Below, in pieces: positions 43,324 through 52,839 of a stretch of DNA of 64,000 nt. Each line of letters opens with the position of its first letter. Within the stretch, counting starts at the first letter, position 1. Location of the stretch: the NCBI GenBank assembly GCA_030668875.1, contig DAOVER010000005.1, positions 26,597 through 90,596 of the forward strand. The letters run 5' to 3'. Origin of the DNA: Candidatus Heimdallarchaeota archaeon. Lineage in GTDB: Archaea > Asgardarchaeota > Heimdallarchaeia > Heimdallarchaeales > Heimdallarchaeaceae. The position numbers and the translations under genes were made by a program. Under the pieces are notes generated by a model, which ran no database searches, was not told the origin of the DNA, and worked only from the letters and a program-made list of their open reading frames with translations.

Positions 43324-44124
43324 TTAGATGTTGGGGAGAGAATCTTTTTTCAGTAAAACAAAGAAGTTATCTTTTCCACCTTTCCCACCGCATATTGAGA
43401 GATCAATTATGTTCAGATTAGTTTTCTCTAATATAGAAACAAGTTCTCTTTTGGTGAAAAGATGGTAAAATCTCTTTGCAATGATATTTCTATTTTCATC
43501 GCGCCAGGGGAGATAAATATCACCATGTCGCCAATCCTTATTTTTCAATTTCATAATAGGGTAGATTAAGAAATCGCCAATCAATTTTTTTCTAGTATCT
43601 GGCTTCCATCTTCTCCAGCAAGATAAAATAAGATATCCATCTTCTTTTAGCAAGGTTGACAGATGTTTAAGACATGAAACTGTTTCTTCCTTCACTCGTA
43701 GATGATGTATAGTCGCAATAGATAAAACTAAGTTGGCAAAATTGCTACGCAAACTTAAAGATTTCATATCGTTATTTATTGTGAAATGATTCCCTGCTTG
43801 AATATCAACTGAAGCTTGTAATAATTCTAAGGATATATCAGTGGCAATGAATTGTAAACTAGAACTATCAAAATGAAGAAGGTTTCTGCTGTTACCTGCA
43901 CCAATATCAACAAGGATACCTGAGGAAGGCAAAGAATGTATTTTGGAAATCTTATTCATGTACGTTTGAAAATCTTTCCAAGGCTTTCTTTTTACTCGTG
44001 CATACTTTGGAGAGATTTTCTTATAAGCTTCTATTAGCTCCTTATCACTATTCTTGTTACTAGTAAACAATGCATAGAATTTAGATATACAAAGTATATC
44101 AATTTTCTTCTTATTTCTGAACAT
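43324..44124 (-). CDS. Trm9/ALKBH8-like class I SAM-dependent methyltransferase
   Basis: YKKISPKYARVKRKPW, VDIGAGNSRN, SIATIHHL, GYLILSCW, DIYLPW and RFYHLFTKREL parallel the Trm9 motif order. Confidence 0.55.
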   Translation of the reverse strand: MFRNKKKIDILCISKFYALFTSNKNSDKELIEAYKKISPKYARVKRKPWKDFQTYMNKISKIHSLPSSGILVDIGAGNSRNLLHFDSSSLQFIATDISLELLQASVDIQAGNHFTINNDMKSLSLRSNFANLVLSIATIHHLRVKEETVSCLKHLSTLLKEDGYLILSCWRRWKPDTRKKLIGDFLIYPIMKLKNKDWRHGDIYLPWRDENRNIIAKRFYHLFTKRELVSILEKTNLNIIDLSICGGKGGKDNFFVLLKKDSLPNI

Positions 44125-44240
44125 TAAACAATGATTTTTATACTCTATAAAAAATCAAAATTTGTGTTTATGTTTGTGTTTATGTTGAAGGCAAAAATGC
44201 TTATAAATAGAAGCACACCTATCACATTAAAGCCACACCG

Positions 44241-45695
44241 GTGAATTACATGGTTTCAAAGTTCTTGATGCTATTCAAACCGTTTCAACGTTTTACCTTT
44301 GAGGTAAAGAAGCCAGCAAGAAAACCTTCTTTTAAAAGAAAGTTAGCTTGGACCTTCGGAATCCTAGCCCTCTATTTAGCTATGCTAAATATTCCTATTT
44401 TCGGTATACCTGAATCAGGTGGAACCGATCCCTTCTTCGCCATGAGGGCAATATTAGCTTCACAAAGAGGAAGCTTAGCAGAATTAGGTATAGGACCTAT
44501 TGTAACTGCTGGTTTGATTATGCAGTTACTTGTGGGATCACAAATTATCAAAGTTGATTTTACTAATCCTGAAGAACGTGCTCTATACACCGGAACACAA
44601 AAAATACTTGCTATATTGATGACCCTATTCGAAGCTTTAGCATATATTCTTGGTGGAGCTTATGGAGAGTTAGGTTTCCAAGCACAAATGATTGTATTAT
44701 TGCAATTAATTGTTGCAGGTTTTACCATTCTTCTTATGGATGAAGTTATCCAGAAAGGTTATGGACTTGGAAGCGGTATTAGTTTATTCATTGCTGCAAG
44801 TGTTTCATATACTATCTTTGATGGCATGTTCAGTTTAACGCAAGAAAGAATTGGAGGTTTTGATTGGTACAGAGGTTGCGTTCTCGCATTCTTTCAAGGT
44901 ATCTTCAAAGAAAATCCAGACATACTAACACCACTCAGTAGACCTGGTAGAACCCCCGATGTAATTGGTTTACTGGCAACAATAGTTGTTTTTGCAATGG
45001 TTATCTATGTAGACTCTATGAAAATTGAGATACCTGTCCAACACAGCCAATATAAGATGCCAGCCAGATATCCAATAAAATTCTTATATACGTCAAATAT
45101 CCCTGTAATCCTTGTAAGCGCCTTATTTGCAAACATCTACTTCGTTTCAAACCTAATGCACAACTCTTGGAGTGATATAACAACGGGTTATCAAGGATTC
45201 TTGGTCGACTTTTTCGGTAGATGGGATACGATAGAAGGCACGGAACAACTAACTCCAGTTTCGGGGCTAGCAGCTTTTACAACGGCACCGTATGGACCTG
45301 AACAAATTGCGGAGCAACCGTGGCATGCCCTAGTGTATTTACTATTAATGGTTGCACTTTGTGGTATCTTCTCGCGTATTTGGATAGATACGGCTGGGAT
45401 GAGTTCAAAAAATGTTGCGAAACAACTGTTAGATGCAAATATGCAAATACCTGGTTTTAGGCGTAATCCAAGGATTGTAGAAAGATATCTAGAAAGATAC
45501 ATTCCTACAGCAGCCTGGCTCGGAGGTTTCTTTATAGGTGTTCTAGCAGCAGTAGCGGACTTTCTGGGAGCTCTTGGTACGGGTACTGGTATTCTGTTAA
45601 CAACGGGTATTCTCCGTCAGTACTATGAAATCTTCGCTAGTGAACAAATTAGTGAAACTGTTCCAGCTTTAGCTGGAATGTTAGGAATAAAATAA
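44241..45695 (+). CDS. secY: protein translocase subunit SecY/Sec61-alpha (canonical copy)
   Basis: RGSLAELGIGPIVTAGLIMQLL, YPIKFLYTSNIPVIL, the L8/9 loop IPGFRRNPRIVERYLERYIP, and GTGILLTTGI. Confidence 0.9.
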   Translation: MNYMVSKFLMLFKPFQRFTFEVKKPARKPSFKRKLAWTFGILALYLAMLNIPIFGIPESGGTDPFFAMRAILASQRGSLAELGIGPIVTAGLIMQLLVGSQIIKVDFTNPEERALYTGTQKILAILMTLFEALAYILGGAYGELGFQAQMIVLLQLIVAGFTILLMDEVIQKGYGLGSGISLFIAASVSYTIFDGMFSLTQERIGGFDWYRGCVLAFFQGIFKENPDILTPLSRPGRTPDVIGLLATIVVFAMVIYVDSMKIEIPVQHSQYKMPARYPIKFLYTSNIPVILVSALFANIYFVSNLMHNSWSDITTGYQGFLVDFFGRWDTIEGTEQLTPVSGLAAFTTAPYGPEQIAEQPWHALVYLLLMVALCGIFSRIWIDTAGMSSKNVAKQLLDANMQIPGFRRNPRIVERYLERYIPTAAWLGGFFIGVLAAVADFLGALGTGTGILLTTGILRQYYEIFASEQISETVPALAGMLGIK

Positions 45696-45735
45696 AATTC
45701 CTCCCCCTTTTTTTACTTTTATTTTAGTATCCCTA

Positions 45736-46686
45736 CTAAAGATGTAGGTCTATCACTTTGTTTGTCTCGATACTTTCGATAGATGCGAGAGCAATCTTTA
45801 AAGCTTTAAGCCCATCGACCGAAGTTACAACAGGTTGTTTATTTTCTAAACATGCTTCCGCGAAAGAATTCATTTCTCTGCTTAATGGTTCTTGCCAAGT
45901 TGATTTTGTATTTCGTAACCACTCATCGTCTTCAATGATATATTCTTGTGTGATGTAATCAGCTTCTACTATCCCTTGCTCACAAGTAAGCATCAATTTT
46001 CTATATCTGTGAGGTGTTAAATAATTAGATTCAATGAAACCAGTCAACCCATTATCAAAATCAAGTAATATTTCAGCATAATCAATATAGCTATGACGTA
46101 ATTTTCCTCCACGAGCATACACGGAAATAGGATCTTTTGAAGTTAAATATCTGAAAGCATCAATATCATGGATACTCACATCACGAATAACATCAACATC
46201 TTTTAACCTATCAGGCCAAAATGGGCCTAGCCTTCTTGCACTCAACAATACAAGTTCACCTAGTTCCCCACTCCCTATGAGAGTTAGTGATTTGCCAATT
46301 ATTGGATTGAAACGTTCGATAAAACCTACAGACACAATAACGTTTGAGCTTTTAGCTGCATCAATAATTTTCTCTGCTTCTTCTAAGGTACTTGTCATAG
46401 GCTTCTCTATCATAACATGTTTTCCATGCTCTATAGCTTTGAGCGCTATTTCCCCGTGAGTAGAAGTAGGAGAAGCTATACTAACCGCATCTATTTCATT
46501 TAGACTCAATAGCTCATCTAAATCTGAAAAAGCTCTAGCACGATGTATCACTGCCAACTCTTTAGCCTTTTCAAGCTGAATATCATAAATACCAATAAGG
46601 TTTGTTTTTTCCATTTCTTTAAAAGCTCTTGCGTGGTTTTTACCCCAGCTTCCTACTCCGATAACTGCCATATTGAGTTTTTTCAT
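45736..46686 (-). CDS. Gfo/Idh/MocA-family NAD(P)-dependent oxidoreductase
   Basis: MAVIGVGSWGKNHARAF, the IASPTSTH...EKP motif, and a C-terminal alpha/beta domain. Confidence 0.85.
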   Translation of the reverse strand: MKKLNMAVIGVGSWGKNHARAFKEMEKTNLIGIYDIQLEKAKELAVIHRARAFSDLDELLSLNEIDAVSIASPTSTHGEIALKAIEHGKHVMIEKPMTSTLEEAEKIIDAAKSSNVIVSVGFIERFNPIIGKSLTLIGSGELGELVLLSARRLGPFWPDRLKDVDVIRDVSIHDIDAFRYLTSKDPISVYARGGKLRHSYIDYAEILLDFDNGLTGFIESNYLTPHRYRKLMLTCEQGIVEADYITQEYIIEDDEWLRNTKSTWQEPLSREMNSFAEACLENKQPVVTSVDGLKALKIALASIESIETNKVIDLHL

Positions 46687-46808
46687 CGAATCACTACCAA
46701 CTACATAAATTAATTTTACTCGCTTTGAGTAAACATAAGTGAATATTTAAAATTTTTTGTATGATTATTCTAAAAAATGAATTAGAGTAAATAAAAAGAA
46801 AAGAAAAA

Positions 46809-47267
46809 TTAGTTAGAGCTGCTTAGTTGAACTTTGCCACCAGCAGACTCTATTTTCTTAATTGCTCTTTTACTAGCTTCAGCAACTACAATATTCATCG
46901 CAGTGTTGACTTCGCCTTGAGCAAGAAGTTTAGTATAACCAAGCTCTGTCAAATTGACTTCGTATTTAGCACCCTTCTTTGTGACTTTTCCTTCACGTTC
47001 GAGGGTTGTGACCATTGAGTCTAAATGAGAGACATTGATTACAGTGTTGTCTTTTATGGATTCTCGAGGGCGGATGAAACCATGTTTTCCAATTGGAGGA
47101 CGCAAACCTTTAATCGTTTGAATCCAGTGATGTGACTTAGGAGCAGCTTTACCTACTCCCCCGCGCATACCACTTTTTCTGTGGGTTCGTACAACTCCCC
47201 AACCATGGGTTCTGTATCCGCGACGTTTTCCGGTTTTCTTCTTAGTTCTAACTGTCATTTTGATCAC
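46809..47267 (-). CDS. rpl15: 50S ribosomal protein uL15
   Basis: GKRRGYRTHGWG...HRKSGMRGGVGKA. Confidence 0.85.
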   Translation of the reverse strand: MIKMTVRTKKKTGKRRGYRTHGWGVVRTHRKSGMRGGVGKAAPKSHHWIQTIKGLRPPIGKHGFIRPRESIKDNTVINVSHLDSMVTTLEREGKVTKKGAKYEVNLTELGYTKLLAQGEVNTAMNIVVAEASKRAIKKIESAGGKVQLSSSN

Positions 47268-47752
47268 GCCATCCTTACAATAAGCTCGTTTATAGCTGAG
47301 CCTCTATAACCTAAATCTCCGCCATCTGCAAAGCTTCTTTTAACAGATTTGTAACCTTTTCTTGCAGGATGTAATCTGAAAAATTTCTTTAGCTTAGGAA
47401 CCTTTTGAATTATAGTTTCTCCTGTCATTAGAGCTTTTGAAAGTGACTTTATGGTTGGATATTCAGTATTTTCCTTAACAAACTTATCAGTCAATCTAAT
47501 TTTTCCTTCAGACTCTCCTCTTTTCCTTAGGACATGTTCTAAAGCTTCTTGGTTTATTTCACCCCAAGTTACATGATCTTTTGCACGCTTTAGCATACCA
47601 AGGGTTGAAGGAGTATTAAGAAATAATGACATATAGTTTGTCTTACGAATGTTTAACATATCCAAATTTTGTTGAACCTTATAGAAGACGTTAATTCTTC
47701 CTCTAATTCTAATAACTGCCAACAATTTTAGAGTATCTTGTTTTTCACTCAT
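47264..47752 (-). CDS. rpl30: 50S ribosomal protein uL30
   Basis: LLAVIRIRGRINV...LDMLNIRKTN. The start is set to the ATG at 47752; the ORF track extends it to 47782. Confidence 0.85.
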   Translation of the reverse strand: MSEKQDTLKLLAVIRIRGRINVFYKVQQNLDMLNIRKTNYMSLFLNTPSTLGMLKRAKDHVTWGEINQEALEHVLRKRGESEGKIRLTDKFVKENTEYPTIKSLSKALMTGETIIQKVPKLKKFFRLHPARKGYKSVKRSFADGGDLGYRGSAINELIVRMA

Positions 47753-47766
47753 GTTAATCACTTTCT

Positions 47767-48408
47767 TTATCTTCGTGTCCAATCGTATGGAGCCATGATT
47801 GAATAGGTGTTTTTCAAAGCTTCAAAAGTTGCTTTTGCAAAATTTGAAGTAGTTCGTGTTTCACCAAATGTTTTGCTCCAAACATCAGATATTCCTGCTA
47901 ATTCTAGAACAGTTTTAGCAGTGTTTCCAACGACTAATCCTAAACCTCTGGGTGCTGGATAAAGAATAACCTTTGTAGACCCTACCTTACCTGTTGATTT
48001 GAAAGGAACAGTGTGTGGCCCTCCACAGTTGCATTCCCACGAACCGCATCCTCTACGAACAGGTCTGATGTTCAATTTGGCATTAACCATCGCTTTCTTA
48101 ATAGCTGGACCTATTTCTTTGAGTTTTGCTTCACCTACACCAACATAACCGTTTTTGTTTCCAACAACAACAGTTGCACGGAATTTACGTTTTCGACCCG
48201 CGTCTGTTTGTCTTTGAACAAGGCTTATATCAATCACATCGTCCTCTAGGGTGTCACCAAGCAGAATATCAATTATTTCAGGTTCTGCTAAAGGAAGACC
48301 TTGTTGGAATAGTTCATCGATAGTTGTAATTCTACCATCTTTTACTAATCTTCCAACACGAGTTCGAGGTTCCCATTCTTCTAAATCTAAAAACATTTTA
48401 TTGCTCAT
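47767..48408 (-). CDS. rps5: 30S ribosomal protein uS5
   Basis: [24 protein letters not shown] ... [10 protein letters not shown]. Confidence 0.9.
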   Translation of the reverse strand: MSNKMFLDLEEWEPRTRVGRLVKDGRITTIDELFQQGLPLAEPEIIDILLGDTLEDDVIDISLVQRQTDAGRKRKFRATVVVGNKNGYVGVGEAKLKEIGPAIKKAMVNAKLNIRPVRRGCGSWECNCGGPHTVPFKSTGKVGSTKVILYPAPRGLGLVVGNTAKTVLELAGISDVWSKTFGETRTTSNFAKATFEALKNTYSIMAPYDWTRR

Positions 48409-48418
48409 CTTTTATACC

Positions 48419-49066
48419 TCATTCCATTGAATCAATTTTTGATTTTGTCTCTTCAAAATACTCGGTTATCTTTTCAGGTTTCTTACTTGCTGCTAAGTAT
48501 TTGGCAAAGTATCTGTTATACTTGTTTTGATCTTCTTTAGCTAAGAGTTTTGCATATGATTGAATATGATCCCCTCTAATTCTATCTTCAGAAGGCAACA
48601 TAGTTTCATTGCAAGGAACATCAACACCTGCGTCAACAACGCCTTTGAGGGTTGCAAAGATTTTTGTTCCAGAGTATGCGGTGTGTGTTCCGATATCCAG
48701 AATAGCATCCTTGATTTTAGCTTTCAAAGCTCTTTTTCCAGCAAGATAGCCTGTAAGGTACGATGCAGGCAAATTGGATGTTGCGATATCCCAACCATAT
48801 TTTTTGAGATCACCTGATGTTATCTGAATGTAAGTTTGATCTCCACCAATTTTTGACATAACAAATTGTATCAATACTTGTTTATTGGATGCTCTTGTTA
48901 CAACCCTTATTTTACCTGATTTCAATAATCTTTTACGCTGACCATAATCAGTTTTAAGCTCTCTTCGTCTTCTAAAAGGCACTCTATACAGAGGTCCTTG
49001 CCTTTTCATCTTTTGTTGTAATTTTCTTCTCTTCTTTGGTCCTCTTTTACTTCTTCGACTTGACAT
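48419..49066 (-). CDS. rpl18: 50S ribosomal protein uL18
   Basis: PFRRRRELKTDYGQRKRLLKSGKIRVVTRASNKQVLIQ. Confidence 0.85.
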   Translation of the reverse strand: MSSRRSKRGPKKRRKLQQKMKRQGPLYRVPFRRRRELKTDYGQRKRLLKSGKIRVVTRASNKQVLIQFVMSKIGGDQTYIQITSGDLKKYGWDIATSNLPASYLTGYLAGKRALKAKIKDAILDIGTHTAYSGTKIFATLKGVVDAGVDVPCNETMLPSEDRIRGDHIQSYAKLLAKEDQNKYNRYFAKYLAASKKPEKITEYFEETKSKIDSME

Positions 49067-49079
49067 AACTTAACACCTC

Positions 49080-49544
49080 TTATAATTCAGGAAGTCTCTT
49101 CTTAGAGAGACCGTGTTCGGCTATATAATTTCGGAGATATCTCACAGAACGGAATAAACCACCTTTTGACTGTAAATACAGTTTTCGGTAGGTTGTAGTA
49201 TCAATGTATCCTTCGTCCCTTAATTTCTTCAAGAACTTTCTCTGGGCACGGATTTTCCCAATCCATCTATCTTTCTTTGAAAGTCTGGAATATTTTGGAC
49301 CTTTACGGCTACCAGTACCAATTCTTTGACCTCTCCTTTTCTTTGCTGCTACAGCTCGAGCTCGTCCTCTACTAACACCTTGAATTTTCCTTTTCCTAAT
49401 ATCGCCATCATCAATATGACGTTTTACATCTTCTCTAGTAATAGCTAGAGAAAGATCGTATAGGCTATCAGGATCAATTTTAACTCTATTGGATCCAACT
49501 TTGAGGATTTTTGCTGCTAATCTTCTTTGTGTTTTAACGTCCAT
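49080..49544 (-). CDS. rpl19e: 50S ribosomal protein eL19
   Basis: MDVKTQRRLAAKILKVGSNRVKIDP. Confidence 0.9.
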   Translation of the reverse strand: MDVKTQRRLAAKILKVGSNRVKIDPDSLYDLSLAITREDVKRHIDDGDIRKRKIQGVSRGRARAVAAKKRRGQRIGTGSRKGPKYSRLSKKDRWIGKIRAQRKFLKKLRDEGYIDTTTYRKLYLQSKGGLFRSVRYLRNYIAEHGLSKKRLPEL

Positions 49545-49559
49545 AATTCTAACCTCACA

Positions 49560-50105
49560 TTAATTTTCTGCTTTGTCAGAATCTGCTAATTCATCGAGAT
49601 CAAGATCCTCATCTAATTCGAAATCGTCTTCGAAATCGTCACCAATATCATCTTCAAGTAATTCGTATTCTTCCTCAAGCGATGTTGCGTCAAGCATATC
49701 ACCAATTTCATCTATAGTTGCAGGTGGGTTCAAAACCTTAAGTCCCAAATCAGCTGCATTGTCTAGAATCATTTGCCTCTTACGAGCACCAACGGTGTGC
49801 TTAATCATAACTGCTTCAGTTTCTTTATCTATTTCTTCAAGTTCATAGATATTAGCAACATGAACTACTTGATAACCCGAAGGATGCAGACCTCTGACAG
49901 CTTTTGGTCCCCGGTATCCTATGCTGACCATAGCAGGATAACCTTTGCGTTTTTCTTTCATTTTATTATCAATACCCTTAGGTTTACGCCAGCTTTTTTT
50001 TACTCTCTTGTAACGCCAGCTTTCTTGCCTAACAAAGTTAGGTCTACGAGCACTGATTTCTTTACGCTTTTTTAGTAAACGTTTCTTATCGACTGTCATA
50101 GGCAC
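49560..50105 (-). CDS. rpl32e: 50S ribosomal protein eL32 with an acidic C-terminal tail
   Basis: RPNFVRQESWRYKRVKKSWRKPKGIDNKMK...GLHPSGY. The tail is EEEYELLEDDIGDDFEDDFELDEDLDLDELADSD. Confidence 0.9.
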   Translation of the reverse strand: MPMTVDKKRLLKKRKEISARRPNFVRQESWRYKRVKKSWRKPKGIDNKMKEKRKGYPAMVSIGYRGPKAVRGLHPSGYQVVHVANIYELEEIDKETEAVMIKHTVGARKRQMILDNAADLGLKVLNPPATIDEIGDMLDATSLEEEYELLEDDIGDDFEDDFELDEDLDLDELADSDKAEN

Positions 50106-50271
50106 TCACAGTAGAATGTTACCTTATTTTGGTTAACCTATCATCTGGCTGTAGTTTTTAATACTTTTTATTGGTAAGAAAAAATGAAGTGAAAAGTTAT
50201 ACTAAACACAAATTTGGGGAAAAAATTAAAAAATTTGCAAAGGTTTAAAATGTTTTAAGAGGAAATCAATA

Positions 50272-51651
50272 ATGGAATCGAAGAAATTGGACTTATTTGA
50301 TTCAATGTCTTCAAGAGTAAGTATCCCATTTAATCTTAAGGTAATTTATACTTCTTTGTTTGCTATTCTTTATCTCATATTTCTAAATATACCCATTTTC
50401 GGCGTGCCTAGTTCAGGAGGAACTGATCCTTTTTTTGCTTTCAGAGTCATTATGGCATCTCAGAGAGGAAGTTTGGCAGAGTTTGGTATTTTTCCGCTTG
50501 TATACGCATCTTTCATTATGCATGTATTGGTGGGGTTAGGAATTTACAAAATGGATTTCACACAAGCAGAGAAGAGAAAGAAGTTTTCGATTATAGTTAC
50601 TATTCTGGGGTTGTTTTTCTCTCTCACATCATCTTTATGTTATGTAATTTTTGGTGCTTATGGAGAGATAAGTGTTGATCAAGGTTTTATAATCATTCCT
50701 CAATTATTGCTTGCTAGTACTCTTATAATAATAATTGACTATTTCATGAGAAAAGGGTACGGATTGAGCTCTGGTGTAAGCTTGTTTATAGTAGTCAGTG
50801 TTTCACGAACTATCTTTGATGGTATGTTCAGTTTAAGTCAATTAAGAGTTGGAGGTTTTGATTGGTACAGAGGTTGTATTCTCGCATTCATTCAAGGTAT
50901 CTTTAAAGAAGACCCAGATATACTGACACCACTCATCAGACCGGGTTTAACACCTGATTTTCTGGGATTCATTTTAGCAATTATAGTGTTTGGAATGACG
51001 ATATTCTTTGTATCCTTTACCATAAAGAGACCATTCTATCAGAGAGATCAAATTACAAAATCATCGATGACAGCTCAATCATTATACAACTATTCTAATT
51101 CCGTAGTAATAACCAGTTCATTTTTTGCAAATATTTCCTTCGTTTCAAATATGATGTTTAATACATGGAGCTCATTTTCAACGGGATTTAGAAGTTTGTT
51201 GGTTAGTTTCTTCGGTAGATGGGAGACGATAGAAGGCACGAATCAGCTAGCTCCAGTTTCGGGGCTAGCGGCTTTTACAACCCCTCCATATGGGGTTGAA
51301 CAAATTACACAACATCCGTGGAATACTTCGGTGTATTTTCTATTTATGATTGTATATAGTATCCTTATGTCTAGATTATTAGTAAAAACATCAGGAAAGG
51401 AAAATGTAAGTATTCTAAAAGGAACAGACATATTTAATCAAGAAAAATATGAAGTCACTAATTTCCCTTTAGCATTATTAGCTGGTTTTTTCATGGGGTT
51501 TTTAGCAGGGTTTTTTAACATCATTTCTCCATTGGGAACAGGAGTAGGTATTCTAATAACAACGTGCATACTGAAACAACTCTTGGACATCATTTCCCAT
51601 GAAAAATCCAAATGGAATGAATCAAGAAAAAATACGGAAATTAATAAATAA
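50272..51651 (+). CDS. divergent SecY/Sec61-alpha paralog
   Basis: Shares RGSLAEFGIFPLV, GGFDWYRGCILAFIQGIFKEDPDILTPL and FFGRWETIEGTNQLAPVSGLAAFTTPPYG with the copy at 44241. It has degraded TM7 (AQSLYNYSNSVVIT) and L8/9 regions. Confidence 0.8.
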   Translation: MESKKLDLFDSMSSRVSIPFNLKVIYTSLFAILYLIFLNIPIFGVPSSGGTDPFFAFRVIMASQRGSLAEFGIFPLVYASFIMHVLVGLGIYKMDFTQAEKRKKFSIIVTILGLFFSLTSSLCYVIFGAYGEISVDQGFIIIPQLLLASTLIIIIDYFMRKGYGLSSGVSLFIVVSVSRTIFDGMFSLSQLRVGGFDWYRGCILAFIQGIFKEDPDILTPLIRPGLTPDFLGFILAIIVFGMTIFFVSFTIKRPFYQRDQITKSSMTAQSLYNYSNSVVITSSFFANISFVSNMMFNTWSSFSTGFRSLLVSFFGRWETIEGTNQLAPVSGLAAFTTPPYGVEQITQHPWNTSVYFLFMIVYSILMSRLLVKTSGKENVSILKGTDIFNQEKYEVTNFPLALLAGFFMGFLAGFFNIISPLGTGVGILITTCILKQLLDIISHEKSKWNESRKNTEINK

Positions 51652-51697
51652 AAAATCAAGAAACATTAAGAAAAATAAAAAAAGAAGAATTGGAAAC

Positions 51698-52258
51698 TTA
51701 TTCGCTTGCCCACTTCCAGATTCCATCCATAAATGTTTCAGGATCTTTCTTTCTCTTACCCCTTAATCTACAGATTTCTTTCATGTTGGTAGTGGTTTGT
51801 CCTACAGCTTCTTTATCGATACCTTCTATGATAACATCATCTTTGTCAACCTTAACAGTTGTATCATCTCCTACAATAGGAACAATCAAAGGTTTTCTTC
51901 CTCCATAGAGGTTCTTGATTGTTATTAGACGTTTCTTGTTATCAGGTTCAACTGTAATTGGAAAATGGCTGAAGATTATTTTTGATCTATAGACATAACC
52001 TTCTGTTACACCTATCATCATGTTTTTGAGATGACCTACAACGGCAAGCATTTTTGCCTTTTTCTTTTTGTCAACGAAATAGGATTTGACATTGATTTTA
52101 TCTTTTGACTTCTTTAGTTCTACCTTGAAACCCTCGAAGTTTTTGATAAGTTTACCTCTTTTACCTTCCATGGTAACTATAGTTCCGTCAATAGTTATCT
52201 TCAAATCCTCAAGTAATTCAACATCTCGTTCAATATATACTTGTTTCATTATCATCAC
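51698..52258 (-). CDS. rpl6: 50S ribosomal protein uL6
   Basis: Two-domain L6 pattern, with position between uS8 and eL32. Confidence 0.9.
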   Translation of the reverse strand: MMIMKQVYIERDVELLEDLKITIDGTIVTMEGKRGKLIKNFEGFKVELKKSKDKINVKSYFVDKKKKAKMLAVVGHLKNMMIGVTEGYVYRSKIIFSHFPITVEPDNKKRLITIKNLYGGRKPLIVPIVGDDTTVKVDKDDVIIEGIDKEAVGQTTTNMKEICRLRGKRKKDPETFMDGIWKWASE

Positions 52259-52648
52259 CTAATATATGTAAGCTAATAGCCTTCCACCTATTCCACGTTC
52301 TTTTGCATCCTCGTGGGTTATTACACCTTCAGATGTTGTCATTACAAGGATACCAAAACCTCTTGCAGGTAGGTACTTTCTTTCTTCATCTTCTAGTTTA
52401 TCATGTTTAACTGGAAATCGAGGTTTGATAACACCACATTTGTTAATCCTGCCCATCAATTGTATTTCGAACATTCCTCCACGATGATCTTCTATATATT
52501 CAAGTTCACCGAGATATCCTGCTCTTTGAACAGTTCTGAAAACGTTCGCAATTATTTTACTAGCGGGTTTAACAGTGACGGTTTTCTTACCTTTTTTTTC
52601 AGCGTTAAGTATTGCAACTAAAGCGTCTGCTAATGGATCCATTTGCAT
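52259..52648 (-). CDS. rps8: 30S ribosomal protein uS8
   Basis: DPLADALVAILNAEKKGKKTV ... GGRLLAYIY. Confidence 0.9.
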   Translation of the reverse strand: MQMDPLADALVAILNAEKKGKKTVTVKPASKIIANVFRTVQRAGYLGELEYIEDHRGGMFEIQLMGRINKCGVIKPRFPVKHDKLEDEERKYLPARGFGILVMTTSEGVITHEDAKERGIGGRLLAYIY

Positions 52649-52662
52649 TTTTCTTTACCTCC

Positions 52663-52830
52663 TTAGCCTCCTCGACTTCCTGTTTTCTTGAAGCCGATTT
52701 TGGAATATATTTCTCTAATACAGCGTCTGCAAACATACAAACCACCACGTCTAATGATTGCCTGATGTGTTCCACAGCGTCTGCATTTTCTTGAGCCTTT
52801 TCCATATTTAATTTCTCTTCGTTCTTGCAT
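52663..52830 (-). CDS. rps14: 30S ribosomal protein uS14 (zinc-ribbon type, 55 aa), missing from the ORF track
   Basis: My translation of the minus strand is MQERREIKYGKGSRKCRRCGTHQAIIRRGGLYVCRRCIREIYSKIGFKKTGSRGG. It has CxxC...CxxC and sits at the expected position between uL5 and uS8. Confidence 0.85.
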   Translation of the reverse strand: MQERREIKYGKGSRKCRRCGTHQAIIRRGGLYVCRRCIREIYSKIGFKKTGSRGG

Positions 52831-52839
52831 ATCCGTCAC

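Noticed and set aside
49573-50075. Two plus-strand ORFs (91 and 100 aa)
   Set aside because: They are antisense to eL32. The first is the Ser-rich mirror of its acidic tail.
52605-52805. 66-aa minus-strand ORF in the ORF track
   Set aside because: It is an out-of-frame overlap with the real 55-aa uS14 gene (52663..52830) and with the uS8 start. It has no ribosomal or other motif.
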